From the NCBI GenBank assembly GCA_050230475.1, contig JBFLGF010000068.1, forward strand, positions 53,750 through 73,749: 20,000 bases of DNA. The letters are read 5' to 3'. Made by a program: the position numbers and the translations under genes. This document shows, in pieces, positions 11,090 through 20,000 of the stretch (within the stretch, counting starts at the first letter, position 1; each line of letters opens with the position of its first letter). Origin of the DNA: Ancylonema sp. Its lineage: Eukaryota. Below the pieces are notes generated by a model. It was not told where the DNA came from, did no database searches, and saw only the letters and a program-made list of their open reading frames with translations.

Positions 11090-11599
11090 ATAAAATGCGT
11101 CTCTCTCGTTTAATTGATTATTTTTCCGGTCCCGATCTTGGTCGAATATACATATTAATAAACCTCTCAAACGTGATAACTAAAAAAAATCCCGGTCCCG
11201 ACGACATGCTGATTAATCATGTACGGAATCCTTACGTATTCGTACAAAATAATTAAATGAATAAGGGTTTAAAATGTGGTGGAGGGGGAATAATAAAAAA
11301 TCCGAAAGAAAAACCGATAATAATAAAAAAACGGGTTATTTTCTAGAGTAATGCGACATACAAAAAAGGAGGGTTGGCTCATGTTTTCAACTACGTCTAT
11401 ATCATTATGGTTATATTATGTGACTATGTGAAAGTGCACGTTTGTATTGATTTCGACCTGGTCATTAAGCTGTTGCCCCTCGTGTTCATATAGACACTGG
11501 TTTCAAGACATATGGAACCAATTCCGTCTTTGGTAATAACACGTCTCAATCAATAATATTTATCGGTCCCGACATGACCACTTAAGACAAGTTTCACTG
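11090..11599. mobile_element. Degenerate Tc1/mariner MITE, direct-orientation homologue of 11753..12324 (left end approximate)
   Basis: Collinear similarity to 11753..12324 (ttttccggtcccga, aaacctctcaaa.gtgataactaa, ggagggttggctca, gttgcccctcgt, ggtaataac). The right end reads gacaagtttcactg|TA. Left TIR eroded. Confidence 0.7.
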
Positions 11600-11752
11600 T
11601 ACCATAAATGATTCTTATTTTTTTCAAAACGGGTTTTTTTGGGGGTTTTTCCTCTCCTCAAGTGATTTATTGATAATGGTTCAATGTAATTTCTAACGAG
11701 GTTCCGATACGTATTATCGGTTTTTTATGATGGCAATCCAGGAATCCTTCTA

Positions 11753-12324
11753 CAGTAAAACCTTTCTTAGTTAATACTGTCTTAATTAATAACCTGTCTT
11801 AATTGATAAAATTTTCCGGTCCCGACTTTAGGCGAATGTAATTATTAACAAACCTCTCAAAAGTGATAACTAATATTTTTTCCCGGTCCAGCCTATATGC
11901 TTATGAACGTGCTAATGAATAATGTACGAAATCCGTACGTATCCGTACAAAATATTTTTACGAATGAGAGGTTAAAATTGTTGGTTAGGTTGATGACAAA
12001 AAAAAAACCCCAAAAAAAATCGGATTTTCTTTTTAAAAATCGAATTCTGAAAAAAAGGGGTTATTTTGTTGAGTAATGCGGGGTAACAAATATGGAGGGT
12101 TGGCTCAAGGTTAGAACTACGTTTACATCATTCTGTTTAAGATTATGACTACGTGAAAATACACGTTTGGGTAGATTCCGACCTGAATATAAGCCCGTTG
12201 CCCCTCGTATTCACATATAAACTAGTTTCAGGTCATTTGGAACCGATCCTGTCTTAGGTAATAACCTGTCTTAATTAATAATACTTTCCGGTCCCGACAT
12301 TATTGATTAATACAGGTTTTATTG
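11753..12324. mobile_element. Tc1/mariner (pogo-like) MITE, 572 bp
   Basis: TIR cagtaaaacctttcttagttaatactgtc vs revcomp caataaaacctgtattaatcaataatgtc (23/29). TA at 11751-11752 and 12325-12326. Internal ctgtcttaattaata repeats. Confidence 0.8.
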
Positions 12325-12404
12325 TAGTTTATCAAGGATTTTATTGATGATTCCGGATTGTTGGAATAAAATTTCAACACATTTCCATATTTGGGAATAG
12401 AATT

Positions 12405-12525
12405 GTTATATATAAAAAAAAAAAAACATTTTCACCTAAGTCTCGACGCCTCCAATCCGGATCAAAGCTGGATCGGGTTTAATCCAGACCGGGGCCGAAT
12501 CGGAGAGTCCACAATTGGATCGCCA
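12405..12525. mobile_element. Relic of the GATC-repeat MITE family (right half)
   Basis: ttttcacctaagtctcgacgcctccaatccggatcaaagctggatcg aligns with ttttcacctcatgttcggcgcctcgatctggatcggcgccggatcg (6761-6806). Confidence 0.5.
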
Positions 12526-14498
12526 ATAGCGAGTATAGGCATCGCATCCTCTTTTAGTGGCAAATTTGTACAACTCCTTTTCTCCACCTCGGAGCTTAGT
12601 TGTCGCTCCACGGGGGTCGTGCCTGCGGGCGAATACATCCACATGTGAATAGATATACCGTAAGTGGTGGCTGGATATTCCGTAAATTATTCATGGTTTA
12701 TTAAAGCGAAATAATTTATCAATAATGATCCATTTAAATGATGCCGGGATTCCGTTAGTTATGATCGATGATTTCTATTGATAATACGAGAAATCCTCTA
12801 GTTATTATCACATATTTTTTTGGATGATTCCGGATTGTAGGATTACAGTTTAGAATATGTCCGTATTTCATAATAGAATTCAGATGATGTGCCTGTGCAT
12901 CGCCTCACATATGGGTCGTTATGACATAATTAATGTACTTTTAAACGTCGTAAGTGCTCGTGACAAACCAGCCGCGATGTCTCGGCTGGCCACGTCTTTG
13001 TCGTTATGCATGGTTTCATTTTGACGTGTCGGGCGTGTGATTGTAATTTCCCGTTGCTTGGGAGTGTAGGGCGCAACAACGCAGATTAAGACGAAGTAGA
13101 TGTCGCTCGTCCAAAAATGTGTCGTTTCGCACGTGCCATGTTTGTTATGTAGCCCGTTTCATTAAATCTAGAGTCACAACTAGGTGGCCCCATTTTTCGT
13201 ATAAATGATTCTCTAAACTTTTATTTTTAAAAAGTTTTATAACATATTATGGTTTATTTTATTACGAGTATTCTTTTTCTACCTTTTTATAAAGTACTAA
13301 ATTATTACTTACGGATTTTAATGATTAATTAGGAATTACGTCCGCTGCCCAACGTGGTATACATTTTTCCCTTAGAGTTCCGGTGTTTCGAGTTTTTCAA
13401 AAACTACGAAGCAAAATTCGAGAAAAGAAGCACGACAAGAACACTAAATGAATGTAACGAATAATAACTTTTTCTCTTATAAATCCTACAAGATCAAGTC
13501 ATCGACTAACAAATTAGATACTAGATATAGTATTAAATACACCCGCTCCTACATAGTTCTCGTGAATATTTTTTCGGATAACAGGACTATATACAAATTT
13601 TGGCTAGGAATTCTCAGAACTTGGCTTCTTGTACCCACGGTCCATATGCTGTCACATTGGGCAAGACAGAGCCTAACGATCCAAAACAAGCCCGGCTCGA
13701 AATCCCGAAGCGAATGCGGACCCTGTGTCATGCGCTCGTGGGAAGTCAACGCGAGGCTCATTGTTATATTCGTTTGGAGTGTTGCTTGGATCTACAATAA
13801 AGTATGCGGCTCCAGCGCCACGATTGCACCACGACAATGCTTTTACGACATTTTCTCACTTGCGTGAATGCTATTTTTCCGCATTTGTGGCTAGCGTTAG
13901 ATTATCTCGACCATAAGTAGTTGCACAACAAAATGGTACATGGGGCACCACAATTGAAACATATGAAGTGATGGCTCAACCTCCATCCAACTTCTCAACA
14001 ATCCGCAAACCCTTTATGCATATAAAAATGTGACAAACCAGCTAGGTACGAGTCCTTCCTAAGCGAGTAAGCGAGTACTTCATGACGGAACACAACCAAT
14101 ACAATATTCGGTACTCGATTTTCTTGTGATCAAGTTTAAAGAAAAAGCTTGAGACGTATCGAAGTCGGGGAAGTCACATGCATAGTACTTTATGAAAGGT
14201 GACGCCTTAAGACGTCTTTCATAAGATTACGACACTCGATAGAGATGCATTCACCGTCCGCTCTTACCTCAATCGTGAAGTCCGTCGCTAATATTATTGT
14301 GCTTGGGGTCGCATCGTTCAGCGTTACCTCAAACATATTCACAAACATTCTCACGTTGAGTAGATCGTGCACCACTTAGCTTGCCTTTGACTTGCGGCAA
14401 TGGCGGGTTTGAGAGCCTCGTGCTCCATCGCTCCACGCATATGTCCTTGTAATGTATGTTGGACAAGAAGCGAGTACAAACACCGTCACACACTGTGC

Positions 14499-14755
14499 CG
14501 TAGCCGGGCCCGATCCGATCGGGGAACTTCCGATGTGTCGCCGATCCGGCACCTATCACTAATAAAAATTGATCACCGAAAAAAAAAAACACATACACCT
14601 TAGATGTGGCTTGACACTCCCCCCCCTCCCACCCACCCCCCCAACTCTCATTGTACCCAATTCGATCGGGGAATCTCCGATCCGGCGCGGATTACGATCG
14701 GGTCCGATCCGGCACCGATCCAGATCGGGAATCGGGCGGGATTGGGCCAACTAAG
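14499..14755. mobile_element. GATC-repeat MITE (P-like/CATAG group), 257 bp
   Basis: Imperfect TIR cgtagccgggcccgatcc / revcomp cttagttggcccaatcc. Homologous (inverted) to 6579..6864. TSD 5/8 (cactgtgc/cggtgtac). Excision restores a flanking reading frame. Confidence 0.65.
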
Positions 14756-15248
14756 CGGTGTACACATTGTTTCCAAATCGGAACTTTATCGGTGCAATAT
14801 AACGAAGTCAATATGGTAACATCAAGCGAGTAGTGGCCCGTGTACAACAATCGTTGCCTACATACATCGAAAAGGGTTTCAAGGGTTGTTGCATGTCAAC
14901 ACATTCAAGTAGAAGGTGTGTGCTATGAGAAAAGAATGTCCCCGACAAAGTAGTCTATCAACTCATAGTCATTGGTGGAAACTAGGGTAGTACAAAGGGA
15001 TGACCAACATGCGTAGCCGTTGAAAATGAGGGTTTGACCAATATTCTCTCCGGACTTGCGAATTACATCAGTTCAAATGATTGATCCTACAATGATGCTG
15101 AGAGTGAGATTTAGGAAGCAGCGCACGTGCAACTACGGTTGCCATAGATGGCCCAAAAGCCAATCTAAATTAAAGTCCATACTTTCTCCGTTCGATCAGT
15201 AGAACCAGACCTACAATTTGTGCTTGCAACCAGATCATCCATTTGAAC

Positions 15249-15922
15249 CATAGTGGGTCCCCGAGCCGGAAAATTTGCGCGCCGGCTCGGAGCCGGGCTC
15301 GCAAAATCAGCGAGCGGAGCGGGACCCGAAGGGAAAAAATAAAAATAAAAATGGTAGCCCCGTCCCCCGCTAAGCGGTGTACACATTACACTTGGTATTC
15401 CGTCATTACCCCGTCCCCGTTCGCAATTCCCCCTTGTCGTTTAGAAGCTACAATTCTGTCGTTTAGCATGTCTCCCGTTCATCGTATTTTTCCGTACCAT
15501 CGTTGTCCTCCCATTCTTTCGTAATGTGTGACTATCATAGATTCAGCTTGTCGTTTGCGCTACAGAATCTATCAGTTTTTTTAAGAAATCCCGCATCTGA
15601 CGGCTGAGTATTGTTCAGTGCCCCGTCCCTCCCCCAGATGTCGTCCGATTCTCGTAATGTCAGAAGATCTTTAAGATTCGCTACAGAATCTTTCAGGTGC
15701 CAAAAAAAAAACCGGATCCGACGGACACAGTAGCATTAGAATGTGGTTACTATTTTCCGGACATACTGCCCGAAGTACCGGTAACTATTAACTACTTGCT
15801 TCGCAGAGTAGGATTTGTACTTAGTCGCATTTCCATGTTTCGTTTTTGCCAGGCGGGTCGCGAACGCGCGCCGGCTCGGAACCGGGCTCACAAATTCCGC
15901 GAGCGGAGCGGGACCCACTATG
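15249..15922. mobile_element. CATAG-ended MITE with perfect 8-bp TSD (P-element-like), 674 bp
   Basis: Perfect 13-bp TIR catagtgggtccc / gggacccactatg. Perfect TSD atttgaac (15241-15248, 15923-15930). 51-bp subterminal direct repeat 15277-15327 / 15866-15916 (47/51). Confidence 0.9.
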
Positions 15923-16375
15923 ATTTGAACCACCTGATCAAAGAGGAGATTTTTGTACAACACCCAATATTCCTCGTCCTTAGAACCTGCAGAGTGAACG
16001 AATCGCAAACGCATGTGCAAGCATCTCTGCGTAAACGACGTCCTTATTCCACTACAACTCAAAAGATTCTTATGCTCCATCACAACGCACACAAAACATA
16101 AACAAAACATAATGGAAAAACATAACTACCAAAACAAGACAACCACAATTTTCCATCCTTCCTCCTTCTTGTGCCGTACAAGTTCCTTGCCACTTACCAA
16201 TGCAAAGTTCGACACTCACTAGTGGTACACATATATGATACACAACACCCGGTCACCAAAAAACTAGTCAACAAGAAACCCACAAGACCACTCTTGAACT
16301 CTGAACAAGAAGGTCCTCTCTAATACTCTTTTCCAAAAGTTGAAACTTAAAACTTGAAAAAGTTGTTTCTCTCCC

Positions 16376-19961
<3,586 letters not shown>

Positions 19962-20000
19962 CTGAGAGACAGGAAATGGAGTCAGCACCTTCCCAGAAAC

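Larger units (their letters stand above)
14190..16110 (-). pseudogene. Possible decayed coding sequence split by two MITE insertions; product unknown, limits uncertain
   Basis: Removing 14499..14755 plus one TSD gives 84 open codons from 14895 (HATTLETLFDVCRQRLLYTGHYSLDVTILTSLYC...), one TAA, then 61 more in-frame codons. Removing 15249..15922 fuses ...YKNLLFDQVVQ|MDDLVAST... in frame. No family recognised. Confidence 0.3.

Noticed and set aside
14370..14760. Alternative element with caccacttag/ctaagcggtg TIRs
   Set aside because: Homology with 6579..6864 stops near 14500, the flanks are TG/TA rather than a clean TSD, and the 14499..14755 boundaries restore a longer frame.

Overview
Eukaryotic, repeat-rich genomic DNA from a green plant. 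A streptophyte, plausibly a charophyte alga, is my inference from the plant-type sucrose transporter and the repeat-laden introns. Three protein-coding genes are present: (1) the 3' four exons of an unidentified coiled-coil protein (+, <3..1834); (2) an intronless F-box/LRR protein (-, 8618..10507); (3) the last seven exons of a type II-like SUT/SUC sucrose:H+ symporter (-, 16376..>19961). The SUT gene's last intron holds a ~1 kb (CAT/ATG)n microsatellite, which explains the poly-D/M/H/I ORFs. The intergenic DNA is packed with non-autonomous DNA transposons of three kinds: TA-flanked CAGT-ended Tc1/mariner (pogo-like) MITEs, one 3.55 kb TAGGGATG-ended hAT derivative, and CATAG-ended elements with 8-bp TSDs whose termini fit the P-element superfamily better than hAT. 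Notable observations are a four-level nested TE stack (2216..5768), repeated insertion of TEs into the subterminal repeat motifs of other MITEs (including the homologous 8-bp site in two host copies), and candidate P-like MITEs in a plant lineage. No transposase gene, RNA gene or CRISPR array is visible.
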